Of a stretch of 64,000 nucleotides of DNA, positions 1 to 9,748 are shown one piece after another. The notes below the pieces were generated by a model. The model saw only the letters and a list, made by a program, of their open reading frames with translations, searched no databases and had not been told where the DNA came from. The translations under genes and the position numbers were made by a program. The DNA is from Spirochaetia bacterium (GTDB taxonomy: Bacteria > Spirochaetota > Spirochaetia > SZUA-6 > Bin103), in the NCBI GenBank assembly GCA_965203905.1, contig CBDBDQ010000005.1:3328001-3392000 (forward strand), given 5' to 3'. Position 1 is the stretch's first letter; every line of letters begins with the position of its first letter.

Positions 1-607
1 ACTTGGCGATAGCGGAGAGAATCTGCCTACCGTGCTGAAAGAGATCTGCGGGAGTGAGCGGCGCAAGAAAACCCTGGTAGAGTGGACCCGAGCGTTGACG
101 CCGATGGACGTTCATGACTTCGAGTTTCCATCGGATCCGACTACTGGCCGCGTGCAGCTTGTGCTTGTTGAGAGGAACGGCAACAGGGTATCGGCTTACT
201 CGGCGTCGGACGGTACGCTGCGCTTTCTCGCCATGCTTGCGGCGCTGCTCGGCACGAACCCGGCCCGTCTCTATGTGTTCGAGGAGATCGACAACGGTAT
301 TCATCCGTCGCGGCAGCAGTTACTGATTGACCTGATCGAGGGGCAGACGGCAAAGGGCGACTATCAGGTAGTCACGACTACTCACTCACCCGATCTGATC
401 GAGTTGGTCGGTAATGATACGTTTGAGAGCACGTCCGTGGTGTGCCGCTGTCCCGATACGGACGACGCAGAAATCCGGGCGGTTGCGGAGTTACCCAACG
501 CGAACAAGCTACGTAAATCACAGGGTTTGGGTCGGCTGCACCGGTCCGGTTGGATGGAAAACGCCGTGCTGTTCGAACGAAGCCGACGTGAGGAGAACGC
601 GACTTGA
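1..607 (+). CDS. ABC-type/AAA_21 ATPase, C-terminal part (5' end outside window)
   Basis: Signature-like SDGTLRFL, Walker B/D-loop YVFEEIDNGIHP and H-loop TTHSP. The stop overlaps the next start. Confidence 0.85.
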   Translation, partial: LGDSGENLPTVLKEICGSERRKKTLVEWTRALTPMDVHDFEFPSDPTTGRVQLVLVERNGNRVSAYSASDGTLRFLAMLAALLGTNPARLYVFEEIDNGIHPSRQQLLIDLIEGQTAKGDYQVVTTTHSPDLIELVGNDTFESTSVVCRCPDTDDAEIRAVAELPNANKLRKSQGLGRLHRSGWMENAVLFERSRREENAT

Positions 608-1167
608 ACGTTCTCATCATTCCTGAGGACTTTCGCTATGATCAGTATATCCTCAGGCCGCTATTCCAACGGCTCTTTCAGTCTCTGAATCGGAGGGCAA
701 CGGTCACGGTATTGACGGATCCTCTGCTCGGTGGAGTCGATGAAGCGCTGAAATCCGAGCGACTGGAAGAGGTCGTCGAGCAGTATGATGGCATGACTGA
801 CTTGTTTGTTCTGTGCGTGGACCGGGACGGATATGCTTCACGGCGCCATCGCCTTTCCGCAATCGAACAGGAGTTCGGCAACGCGCCGCGACGGTTCCTT
901 GCCCAAGACGCCTGGGAGGAGATAGAGACCTGGGTGCTCGCCGGTATAGACCTGCCCACCCCCTGGCGGTGGTCCGAAGTTCGACGTGAAGTGAACGTCA
1001 AGGAGATGTACTTCGACGTACTTGCTCAACAGCTCGGCGTAGCCGACGATCCGGGTCGCGGCCGAAGGACCTTGGGTGAGGAGGCCTCCCGCAACATCGG
1101 GTCAATCCGTCAGAAATGCCGCGAAGACTTCGACCGCCTTGCTCAGCAAATCGGAGACACGGTTTAG
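604..1167 (+). CDS. TOPRIM-like (DUF4276-like) protein coupled to the ATPase
   Basis: N-terminal LIIPED (TOPRIM-type Glu), VDRDG (DxD) and EEIETW motif; 4-nt overlap with the ATPase. Confidence 0.65.
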   Translation: MNVLIIPEDFRYDQYILRPLFQRLFQSLNRRATVTVLTDPLLGGVDEALKSERLEEVVEQYDGMTDLFVLCVDRDGYASRRHRLSAIEQEFGNAPRRFLAQDAWEEIETWVLAGIDLPTPWRWSEVRREVNVKEMYFDVLAQQLGVADDPGRGRRTLGEEASRNIGSIRQKCREDFDRLAQQIGDTV

Positions 1168-1227
1168 CAACGATCCCTCCGTTAGTCTTCGCGGATTCTT
1201 CCGCGTCTTGGTGTCACCGTTGCGGAT

Positions 1228-4200
1228 TCAGAACAGGGGGAGCTGCAGGTCGTCGGCCGAGGGGCGGGCGGGGCGCCGCGGTGCCTGGCGCAGCTCGCGC
1301 AGCGCGCTCTCGATGTCGGAGACGAAGCCGGACAGGGGGTTCTCCACGGTGTTGCCGAACAGCCGGCGGCGGGCGGCGTGGGTCAGGATCAGGCGCCGGC
1401 GCGCGCGGGTCATGCCGACGTAGAACAGGCGGCGTTCCTCGGCCGGATCGGCGGCGCGGTTGGGCGGCAGGTAGGGCAGCAGGCCCTTCTCGCAGCCGAC
1501 GATGAACACCACCGGGAATTCCAGCCCCTTGGCGGCGTGCAGGCTCATCAGCGCTACCCGGTCGGCGCGCTCGTCGTAGCGGTCGGTCTCGCTTTGCAGG
1601 GCCGCGGCGGTCAGGAAACCGCGGATGCCGGTGCCTGCCCCATCTACGCGCCGCTCCAGGCGGGCGACCCGCTCCAGCTCGGCGGCATCGTAGGCGCGGC
1701 CGCGCAGCTCGGCCCAGCCGGCCGCCGCGATCCCGACCAACTCGCTGACGGAAGCCTGACCGGCGGCGGCCAGCGACCGCACCAGCTCCAGGGTATGTGC
1801 CGCCCGCGCCTCCGGCGCGGAGAGGATTGCCGTACGGTACGGTTCCGGCGTTGCGTTGCCACCGATGCTGTCCGCGGCACCGGAGATCCACGCCACCAGT
1901 TCCTTGAGCGCCGACTCTCTGGCCGCTCCGGCGCCCCGAGCCAGGAGCCGCCACCAGTGGAGGCGGCTGGCCGGCACCTGGGTGAGCCACAGCAGGGAGA
2001 GGATCTCGCGCACCGGCGGCTGCTCGGCCGGGGCGCTCCCACCGGTGGTCTGGTAAGGGATGCCCGAGCGGTCGAACGCCTCCTGCAGCAGCTTCGCCTG
2101 CGCGTTGAGGCGGTAGAGGACGGCAAAGTCGCCGAAGGTGTGGGTCTCGGTCAGGCCGTCGTCCTCCACCCGCCCCGAGTCCAGGGAGAAGTAGCTGGTG
2201 CCGCCCACCATCCGCTCCACCTGGTGCACCACGTACTCCGCCTCCGCCCGGTCTGTGGGTGCGCGGTACACCTCCAGCTTCACCTGCGCGGCGAAGTCGG
2301 CGGTCAGCGCCGTGGCCTGGTGGTCGGGATTGTGCGCGATCACCTGGCCGGCGGCATTCAGAATCCCCTGCGCCGAGCGGTAGTTGCGGTCCAGGTGGAG
2401 GCGCCTCGCACCGGGGAAGTCGTCGCCGAAGGCGAGGAAATAGCGGTGGTCAGCGCCGCGGAAGCCGTAGATCGCCTGATCCGGGTCGCCGATGACGCAG
2501 AGGTTGGCGCGGCCGTCGGCCAGCAGTCGCAGGAACCGGTACTGGGCCGCGTTCACGTCCTGGTACTCGTCCACCGAGATCCAGCGGAAGCGCGCCTGCA
2601 GCGTCCGCCGCACCGCGAGATCGCGCTCCAGCAGGTGCACGGAGCGGACCACGAGGTCGTCCAGGTCCAGGGCACTGGCCTCCGTAAGTGCGGTCTCGTA
2701 ACGCGTTGGAATCTTCGAAAGCTCGGGACTGACCGGACGCCCATCCTCAGCCGGCGAGGCAAGGCCGTTCTTCTGCGCCGAGATGGCCGCGAGCGCCGCC
2801 CGCAGCTCGCCGGCCGGCAGCTCCGGACAGCACTGCCTCAGCAGTAGCCTCCGGTCGGCCTCGTCGAACACGGCGAACGTGGGCGGAATCCCGGCGGCAG
2901 CGGCGAACTCCCGCAGCAGGTCGGCGCCAAGCTGGTGAAAGGTGCCGGCGGTGATCCGTGCCGCCTGCTCCGCTCCCAGCAGTTCGCCGAGCCGTTCGCG
3001 CAGCTCCTCCGCAGCCTTGTTGGTAAAGGTGAGCGCCAGGATCGACGCCGGTGCCGCGTCCAGTTCCCGGATCAGATGGGCGATGCGCACGGTCAGGGTG
3101 CGGGTCTTGCCGGTACCCGGTCCGGCGACGATCGCCAGTGGCCCCTCGGTATGGGTTGCAGCCTCCCGTTGCGCCGGGTTGAGCGCCGCCAGCCATGCGG
3201 ACAGGCCGCCGGGAGGTGCCGCCGTTGTCTGATCCCGCTGCGGGACCTCACCCACCGAGGAAGCTGCGCTACTGGTCACTGCATGGGCTGGTGCCACCGC
3301 CGGCTCCGGCACTTCTGCGTCGAAGTGGGCGGCGGATCGTCCGGGCGCCGCGTGCACTTCTGCGCCGAAGTCGGCAGCCGATGGTCCGGACTCGAACGGC
3401 AGGTCGCGCTCCAGCCCGGTCGCGGCGGGAGCGGTATTCCGCTCCGCATCGGGCGCCGTCTCATGGGTAGCGGATTTACCTTCTACCGTCGCGGGCGCCG
3501 AGGAAACGGCCGGCCGGCCCAACTCGGAGAACATGCCGAGTTGCACCACCGCGGAGCGGTCGGCGTCGTCGTCGAACAGGCGGATCACGCCGTACTCGCC
3601 GTCGTAGCCGCCCTGCGCCCGCACCTCGCCGGCGCGCATGCGGCGGATTCCCTCCCCCAGCACCGCGTCCCCGGCCGCGGCGATCTCCTCCAGGGGCAGC
3701 TCCTGCAGGATGGTCAGCTCCGGCCCCAGCCGCTCCAGCAGGCGCAGGTACTCGCGCTGCACGCGCTTGGACCCGGGACCCACGCCCAGCATCTCGCCCA
3801 GCGCTTCTGGCAGCGGGATGAGGCTGGCGAAGGGCCCGGCGCAGGCGGGACGCGCCCCTTGCGGCCGGTCGGCCAGTTCCTCCATGCGGTGATAGACGCC
3901 CACCGTCACCGGCTTGCCGCAGGCGGAGCAGCGCCCGCCGTGGGCGCGCGTGGTCACCGGCTCCCAGCAGACGCCGCACTTGCGATGCCCGTCCAAGTGG
4001 TACTTGCCCTCCTCGGGGAAGAACTCGATGGTGCCCCGATAGCGCTCCCGGTCGCCGCTGCGCAAAGCATCGAACAGGGCGTCGTAGCTCAGCTCGGTGT
4101 CGAACCGGGTCGCCTCGCGCGCCAGCTTCGGCGGCGAGTGGGCGTCGGAGCTGGAGATCAACGTGTAGTCGTCGAGCCAGGAGACGCGCCAGTTCATCGG

Positions 4201-4812
4201 CGGATCGGAGGAGAGACCGGTCTCCACGGCGAAGATGTGGGGCGTGAGATCGGCATAGCACTCGCGCACCGAGTCGAACCCCGACTTGGAGCCGAGAATC
4301 GAGAACCACGGCGTCCAGATATGGGCGGGGATCAGGTGGCAGCGGGGGTCCACCTGCAGCACGATCTCCAGCAGGTCGCGGCTGTCGAGCCCCAGGATCG
4401 GGCGTCCATCGGAGCGGATGTTGCCGATCTTCTCCAGCTCCACCTGCAGCCGTGCGGTGGCCTCGAAAGACGGCGCGAAGACGATGTTGTGCACCTTGCG
4501 CGTGCGCTCGTACTTCTTGTAGATGTTGCTGATCTCGCCGCCGATCAGGAACCGCACGGTCCCGCGGCACGCCGCCGGCACCTGGTCGGCCAGGCCCGCG
4601 GTGTGTTCCGCCTTGAGCCGGAACAGCCCGGCTTCCGCCGGCTCCAGCTTCTCGCGCAGCTCCGCCAGCCAGCCGGGGTGGGCGATGTCGCCGGTGGCCA
4701 CCACCTGCACCCCCTTGAGCTGCGCCCACTTCCACAGGTGCTCCAGGGTCAGGTTGCGGCTGGTGGCGCGGGAGTAGTGGGAGTGGAGATGGATGTCGGC
4801 GACCAGCTTCAT
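1228..4812 (-). CDS. Endonuclease Q-like PHP domain fused to UvrD/PcrA SF1A helicase
   Basis: PHP motifs ADIHLHSHYS, HIWTPW, SDAHS and Zn site HRKCGV..CSACG. Helicase motifs AGPGTGKT, LTFTNKAA, VDEYQD, GDPDQAIYGFRGA, NYRS, HAAKGLEF, EERRLFYVGMTRA. Start taken at MKLVAD (4812). Confidence 0.9.
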   Translation of the reverse strand: MKLVADIHLHSHYSRATSRNLTLEHLWKWAQLKGVQVVATGDIAHPGWLAELREKLEPAEAGLFRLKAEHTAGLADQVPAACRGTVRFLIGGEISNIYKKYERTRKVHNIVFAPSFEATARLQVELEKIGNIRSDGRPILGLDSRDLLEIVLQVDPRCHLIPAHIWTPWFSILGSKSGFDSVRECYADLTPHIFAVETGLSSDPPMNWRVSWLDDYTLISSSDAHSPPKLAREATRFDTELSYDALFDALRSGDRERYRGTIEFFPEEGKYHLDGHRKCGVCWEPVTTRAHGGRCSACGKPVTVGVYHRMEELADRPQGARPACAGPFASLIPLPEALGEMLGVGPGSKRVQREYLRLLERLGPELTILQELPLEEIAAAGDAVLGEGIRRMRAGEVRAQGGYDGEYGVIRLFDDDADRSAVVQLGMFSELGRPAVSSAPATVEGKSATHETAPDAERNTAPAATGLERDLPFESGPSAADFGAEVHAAPGRSAAHFDAEVPEPAVAPAHAVTSSAASSVGEVPQRDQTTAAPPGGLSAWLAALNPAQREAATHTEGPLAIVAGPGTGKTRTLTVRIAHLIRELDAAPASILALTFTNKAAEELRERLGELLGAEQAARITAGTFHQLGADLLREFAAAAGIPPTFAVFDEADRRLLLRQCCPELPAGELRAALAAISAQKNGLASPAEDGRPVSPELSKIPTRYETALTEASALDLDDLVVRSVHLLERDLAVRRTLQARFRWISVDEYQDVNAAQYRFLRLLADGRANLCVIGDPDQAIYGFRGADHRYFLAFGDDFPGARRLHLDRNYRSAQGILNAAGQVIAHNPDHQATALTADFAAQVKLEVYRAPTDRAEAEYVVHQVERMVGGTSYFSLDSGRVEDDGLTETHTFGDFAVLYRLNAQAKLLQEAFDRSGIPYQTTGGSAPAEQPPVREILSLLWLTQVPASRLHWWRLLARGAGAARESALKELVAWISGAADSIGGNATPEPYRTAILSAPEARAAHTLELVRSLAAAGQASVSELVGIAAAGWAELRGRAYDAAELERVARLERRVDGAGTGIRGFLTAAALQSETDRYDERADRVALMSLHAAKGLEFPVVFIVGCEKGLLPYLPPNRAADPAEERRLFYVGMTRARRRLILTHAARRRLFGNTVENPLSGFVSDIESALRELRQAPRRPARPSADDLQLPLF

Positions 4813-4980
4813 GTTGTCCGGGGAACTTACTATGGTCGATCTTAGCGCCGCGCGGCGGCTGACAACAGTCGCGCCGCGCGGATGACGGAGGAGTGGGCAA
4901 GGTCGCCCCGTGGCGCCGGAGACCAGGCAACCCGGTGCCAGGGTACGCCCGCCGGACATTAATTCTGAGGAGGTGCGCGC

Positions 4981-6456
4981 GTGACGAAAACAACGGAACG
5001 AGTCAGGGGAGTGAAGCCCCGCATCGGGATTTTCGGCATCGGACTGGCCGCCTACTGGCCGCAATTCCCCGGCTTGAAAGAACAGCTCGAGGGCTACCAG
5101 AGCGTGGTGGAGGAGCGTATCGGAGCGTGGGCCGAGGTGGTGTCAGCGGGGCTGGTGGACTCGGCGCCCGGTGCGGTGGAGGCGGGCAACCTGTTCCAGC
5201 GCCGCCAGGTGGACATGGTCTACTGCTACGTCGGCACCTACGCCACCAGCTCCCAGGTGCTGCCGGCGGTGCAGATCCCGCAGGTGCCGGTGCTGGTGCT
5301 CAACCTGCAGCCCAGCGCCGCGCTGGACTACGAGCGTACCGACACCAAGGAATGGCTGGCCAACTGCTGCGCCTGCTGCGTGCCGGAGATCAGCTGCGCA
5401 TTCACCCGGTGCGACATCGACTTCCACGTGGTGTCGGGAATGCTGGCCGAGGAGCCCGGCTGCGAGGAGCCGGCGCGGCGCGCGTGGGCGCAGATCCGGG
5501 AGTGGACCGAGGCGGCCGGCGTGCAGCGCACCCTGCGCCGCGGCCGCATGGGCGTGCTCGGCCACACCTACCCGGGCATGCTCGACATGTACAGCGACTT
5601 CACCCAGCACCAGGGGCAGCTCGGCACCCACATCGAGATCCTGGAGATGTGCGATCTGGCGGCGCTGGTGCGCGCCGTGACCGAGCGCGAGATCAGGGCC
5701 AAGGAGCAGGAGGCGCTGGCGATCTTCGAGCTGGCCGAGGACTCCCCCTCCGATCCGCTGGCCGTGCGGCCGGACCCGGAGGCGCTCGACTGGGCCTACC
5801 GGGTGGCCGTGGGTCTGGACCGGCTGGTGGCGGAGTTCGACCTCGACGGCCTGACCTACTACTACCGCGGACTGGACCACAACGAGTACGAGCGCATTGC
5901 CGCCGGTTTCGCCCTGGGCTGCTCGCTGCTGACCTCGCGTGGCGTGCCGTGCAGCGGGGAGGGCGATCTGAAGAACTGCCAGGCGATGAAGATCGTCGAC
6001 ACCTTCGGTGCCGGCGGCAGCTACTCGGAGGTCACCGCGATGGACTTCCGCGAGAACTTCATCCTCGCCGGCCACGACGGGCCGTTCCACCTGGACATCT
6101 CCTCGGAACGGCCGTTGCTGCGCGGCCTGGAGCTGTTCCACGGCAAGCATGGTGCGGGCGTCGGAGTCGAGACGCAGGTGCGGCACGGTCCCGTGACCCT
6201 GCTGTCGATGACCCAGACCCGCGGCGGCGACCTCAAGCTGGTGGCGGCGCAGGGCGAGAGCATCCCGGGCCCGGTGCTGCAGATCGGCAACACCGACAGC
6301 CGCCTGCAGTTCAGCCTCGGCCCGGCGGACTTCATCGACGCCTGGTGCGGTGAAGGCCCGACGCACCACTTCGCCCTGGGCGTGGGCCACATCCTGCCCC
6401 GGATCGAGAAGTTCGCCGGCATAGCCGGGCTCGAGCTGCGGGTCATAGCGGCCTGA
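4981..6456 (+). CDS. L-fucose/L-arabinose isomerase family protein
   Basis: Motifs YWPQF.GL, GMLDMYSD, GEGDLKN, GHDGPFH and GPTHHFALGVGH; SD GAGGAGG upstream. Confidence 0.85.
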   Translation: MTKTTERVRGVKPRIGIFGIGLAAYWPQFPGLKEQLEGYQSVVEERIGAWAEVVSAGLVDSAPGAVEAGNLFQRRQVDMVYCYVGTYATSSQVLPAVQIPQVPVLVLNLQPSAALDYERTDTKEWLANCCACCVPEISCAFTRCDIDFHVVSGMLAEEPGCEEPARRAWAQIREWTEAAGVQRTLRRGRMGVLGHTYPGMLDMYSDFTQHQGQLGTHIEILEMCDLAALVRAVTEREIRAKEQEALAIFELAEDSPSDPLAVRPDPEALDWAYRVAVGLDRLVAEFDLDGLTYYYRGLDHNEYERIAAGFALGCSLLTSRGVPCSGEGDLKNCQAMKIVDTFGAGGSYSEVTAMDFRENFILAGHDGPFHLDISSERPLLRGLELFHGKHGAGVGVETQVRHGPVTLLSMTQTRGGDLKLVAAQGESIPGPVLQIGNTDSRLQFSLGPADFIDAWCGEGPTHHFALGVGHILPRIEKFAGIAGLELRVIAA

Positions 6457-6472
6457 TCGCGAGGGAGGCGCA

Positions 6473-6575
6473 CGCCACGATCGCGGCTGGCGGAGGCAGC
6501 CTGCCGGCTGGATCAGTGGCTGAACACGACCGCCTGGTGGCAGTGGACCTGCGGGACGGTGACCGCGACCGAGCC
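6473..6575. repeat. Direct repeat copy A: diverged duplicate of the 3' end and downstream hairpin of the glycoside hydrolase gene
   Basis: Aligns by eye with 7665-7768. The minus strand reads GSVAVTVPQVHCHQAVVFSH*, versus GAVAVTVPEVLCHQAVVFNY* in the intact gene. Confidence 0.85.
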
Positions 6576-6579
6576 CCGC

Positions 6580-7590
6580 CTACCGTACGGAGTCGTGTCG
6601 GTTGCGCAGACGCTGGCGGAAGTCGGCCTCGCTGATGCAGGCGTTGGCGGCCGCGACGATGGCGTGGTCGGTCAACTCGGCGAAGCCCGGCACGCCGGGG
6701 AATTCGGCCGAGACCTCGATGCCGCGCGCTGCCAACAGCGCCCGCGCCAATCCGGCGCGACCTTCTGCATGGCCTTCCGCCCGGCTCCGGCGGCGTTGCG
6801 CGCCCAGCAGGTGGTCGTCGTCCGGGCCGGTGCCCTCCCGCTCCCCGAGCGCCGTGCCCACCCGCTCCAGGACCGCGCTGGTCCGTGACGAGAACGTCTC
6901 CTCGTTCAGCGCCACGTGGATCTCGACCGCCGTCCAGCCGGGAAACGCCCGGCTGGACGCCGCCTCCCGATACGCGCCGTCCTGCAGCAGGTGGATGGTC
7001 AGCCCCGACCGCCGGCTCCGCGGCCGGCTCGGTGCGCGTGCCTCCGGTACCTCGACCCAGACCTCCGGAAACCCCCACGCCTCGTACTGCGGCAGCTTGC
7101 GCCGGCGCACGTCGGTGGTGTGATCCACTTCCAGCACCACGTCCGGAAAGTCGTGCTCGCCGATCGTCAGCACCGGCCGTGGCAGCCGGGCGCGCGCCGG
7201 GTACAGGTACACCATCTCGTCCGCCTGCATGATGAGGCGCGGCTCGCCGTGCGCGTTGCGTTCGGTCAGGTCGGTGTGGCCGAAGCACTCTACCGGCCCA
7301 CCGCGCACCGCCGCGATGCGCTCGGCCAACCTCCCCAAGCGCTGCGTGGGGCCTTCGTGGTACGAACTGACCGGATCGCAAATCCAGGCGGTTTCGGTGG
7401 CGGAGTCCCAATATTCGAGGCGCATATCGCAGTCGTCGAGTTCCTGCCGCGGCAGGCGGACCGGCTTGCAGCCGGGGAAATCCGCGGCCGTGGGAGGCTG
7501 GACGCCCGGCGCCGTGTCCACCGGCTGAGCCGTTCCCGACGCCGGGGCGGGCGCTTCGACCTGCGGACGGAGCGTGCGCACGGAAGCCAT
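6580..7590 (-). CDS. Uma2 (DUF820) family PD-(D/E)XK endonuclease
   Basis: MQADE, PDVVLEVD, K...YEAWGFPEVW and SRAFPG motifs. Start taken at MASVRT. Confidence 0.8.
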   Translation of the reverse strand: MASVRTLRPQVEAPAPASGTAQPVDTAPGVQPPTAADFPGCKPVRLPRQELDDCDMRLEYWDSATETAWICDPVSSYHEGPTQRLGRLAERIAAVRGGPVECFGHTDLTERNAHGEPRLIMQADEMVYLYPARARLPRPVLTIGEHDFPDVVLEVDHTTDVRRRKLPQYEAWGFPEVWVEVPEARAPSRPRSRRSGLTIHLLQDGAYREAASSRAFPGWTAVEIHVALNEETFSSRTSAVLERVGTALGEREGTGPDDDHLLGAQRRRSRAEGHAEGRAGLARALLAARGIEVSAEFPGVPGFAELTDHAIVAAANACISEADFRQRLRNRHDSVR

Positions 7591-7664
7591 GCCGGCACCG
7601 TACGGCATTCCACCAGCCCGATGCAATCGCAATCGCGCGCTCGACGGCACGCGGCGGGAGCGTC

Positions 7665-7768
7665 CGCCACTCTACCGGCTGGCAGGCGGCAGCCAGCCGG
7701 CCAGCTCAGTAGTTGAACACGACGGCCTGGTGGCAGAGCACTTCCGGGACGGTGACCGCGACCGCGCC
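7665..7768. repeat. Direct repeat copy B (functional 3' end of GH gene plus hairpin CCGGCTGGC-N8-GCCAGCCGG)
   Basis: Aligns with 6473-6575. Confidence 0.85.
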
Positions 7769-9685
7769 ACCCGAGCGCTGTATCTCCAGCGCGGCGCCCT
7801 GGGGAACCAGGGTCGCAGACGCCACCTCTTCCGGCACCGTGAGCTGCAACGGCACACCGTGCAGCGGCACCAGGTCCTCGATCACCAGGCAGCGGCCGCG
7901 CTGCAACGGCGTCGCATAGAGCAGGTGGACGACGTAGCGGCGCTGCTCGGGCTGGTGCAGCAGGCTGAGGCGCCCCGCGCTGGGCATCTCCGTGTGGGCC
8001 GTCGGTGTGGGGTAGACCAGCGCCAGGGCGTTGCGGAAGAGCTGCCGGTGCACCCGCGCGCCGTGCGCGTGATAGATGCGGCCCAGGTTGTGTGCCAGGA
8101 GCACGCGGTTGCCCGTGCGCACCGCCCCCGGGTGGGCGGCGTCCTGCTGTCGGTAGGGCGTGTTGAGGTGGCCGCAGTAGGCGCCGTAGGTACGGCTGAA
8201 GTACGGTTCGCGGATCCGTGCCAGGACCTCGGCGTCGGCCGCGGGCGCGGTGCGTAGTCCCGACTCGTAGCAGAGGAACGGCGAGCGCACCAGCTCGGCG
8301 CCGAGCGTATCTCCGGCACACAGGTAGTCGACGTCGCAGCGCCCCGGCCCCAGGTACTCCACGCGGGCGTCGAGCGCGAAGCGATCCTCTCCGGCCAGCA
8401 GGCCCCCTTCGCCGAGCATCAGCAGCCCGCCCGTGAAGTCGTCGAGCCGCTGCGCCGCGGCGGCGGTCAGAGACCTCCCTCCGGTCAGGACGATGGCGTC
8501 ATATCCCGACAGGTCGTCGTCGTCCGCCACCACCTGGTAGTCGGTCTGGGTCTCCAGCAGCATGCTGCTTACGCCCTCGTCGTCGGCGTTGCTGCCCGAG
8601 CGCCAGAAGCCGAGGCGCGCGGCCGGCTGTCCGCCGATGCCGTACTCCTCGATCCGCTCCACGTAGTCGAAGGCGGCGCCGATGTTGCGGTAGGTGTCCG
8701 GGTCCATCTCCCCGGAGGGATGCAACTGGTCGCCGAAGTTGCAGGCGGCGCCGTAGGCGATCATGCTCGCCGCCTCGAAGCGCAGCGCGTCGGGATGCTT
8801 GAAGCCGCCGAACTCACCCCACGAGGTGTGGAACTTGCCGCTCATCGCCACGTAGGGCTTGCCCACGGTGGCGAAGTGGCGCGCCCGCAGCGCCAGCTTG
8901 TCGTAGCCGCCCCAGGTGGTGGGCAGGTCCTCCAGGTCGTTCTGGGTGTTGTAGCGGTACAGCCGGTAGCGCACGTTGGCGTCGCGATCGAGCCGGGTCA
9001 CGCCGTTGAAGTAGATCGACGCCGCGGGATGATGGCTGCCGATCAGGCGCACCAGATCCGCCATGTGGCGGTGCATCGTGTGTGCCCGGTAGCGCTGCAC
9101 GTCCTCCAGGTGGTCGATGTCGAGGCCGGCGTCGAGCATGCCGCGCAGGCAGTCGTCGCACCAGCACAGCCGCTCCGCCTGGTAGATGTCGAACCAGAAG
9201 CCGTCGACCTCGTAGCCGGTGCACAGCTCCTCGACCTGAGCGGCCATCAGCTCGTGATAGCCGCCGCTCGGGCACAGGCACTTCCACTGCACCCCCGGCT
9301 TGGGAGTGTCGGGCGTCGCGTCGCGGTCCCATCGGGGAGCGCAGATGGAGCCGTCGCGGTTGCGGATGCGCCACTCGGGATGCAACTCCGCGTCGGCCGC
9401 CGACCAGCCGACGGTGAAGTAGATGGGACAGCGTACGCCGATCTCGTGGCAGGCCGCGATCTGCTCACCCAGCAGGTCGCGTCGCAAGTGGGGATGACGC
9501 ATGCCCACCTTGGTGGGGTAGTAGCACCAGCTGTGGTGGCACTTGGCGAACACGTTGATCAGGTTGACGCGTCCCGTGCGCAGCGCGTCCTGCCACTGCC
9601 GCTTGTCGAAACGGCTTCCGATGCCGCGAATCAGCTCGGAGGTATGAAAGTCGAGATGGATCTGCCGTGACCGGATCGGTTCCAA
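7706..9685 (-). CDS. Glycoside hydrolase, GHL6/alpha-fucosidase-like TIM barrel with GH42-type trimerisation domain
   Basis: RQIHLDFHTS, FAKCHH, VDGFWFDI, GKFHTSWGEFGG and GDQLHP motifs. Confidence 0.8.
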   Translation of the reverse strand: MEPIRSRQIHLDFHTSELIRGIGSRFDKRQWQDALRTGRVNLINVFAKCHHSWCYYPTKVGMRHPHLRRDLLGEQIAACHEIGVRCPIYFTVGWSAADAELHPEWRIRNRDGSICAPRWDRDATPDTPKPGVQWKCLCPSGGYHELMAAQVEELCTGYEVDGFWFDIYQAERLCWCDDCLRGMLDAGLDIDHLEDVQRYRAHTMHRHMADLVRLIGSHHPAASIYFNGVTRLDRDANVRYRLYRYNTQNDLEDLPTTWGGYDKLALRARHFATVGKPYVAMSGKFHTSWGEFGGFKHPDALRFEAASMIAYGAACNFGDQLHPSGEMDPDTYRNIGAAFDYVERIEEYGIGGQPAARLGFWRSGSNADDEGVSSMLLETQTDYQVVADDDDLSGYDAIVLTGGRSLTAAAAQRLDDFTGGLLMLGEGGLLAGEDRFALDARVEYLGPGRCDVDYLCAGDTLGAELVRSPFLCYESGLRTAPAADAEVLARIREPYFSRTYGAYCGHLNTPYRQQDAAHPGAVRTGNRVLLAHNLGRIYHAHGARVHRQLFRNALALVYPTPTAHTEMPSAGRLSLLHQPEQRRYVVHLLYATPLQRGRCLVIEDLVPLHGVPLQLTVPEEVASATLVPQGAALEIQRSGGAVAVTVPEVLCHQAVVFNY

Positions 9686-9748
9686 TTGGTGGCCTCCCGC
9701 GGGGGCCCTGTTGTACCAGACGGAGCCGGATCGGTCATCCGCACCACG

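Noticed and set aside
3305-3385. 45-bp tandem duplication in the EndoQ-UvrD linker
   Set aside because: Ordinary linker expansion (SAADFGAEV / SAAHFDAEV).
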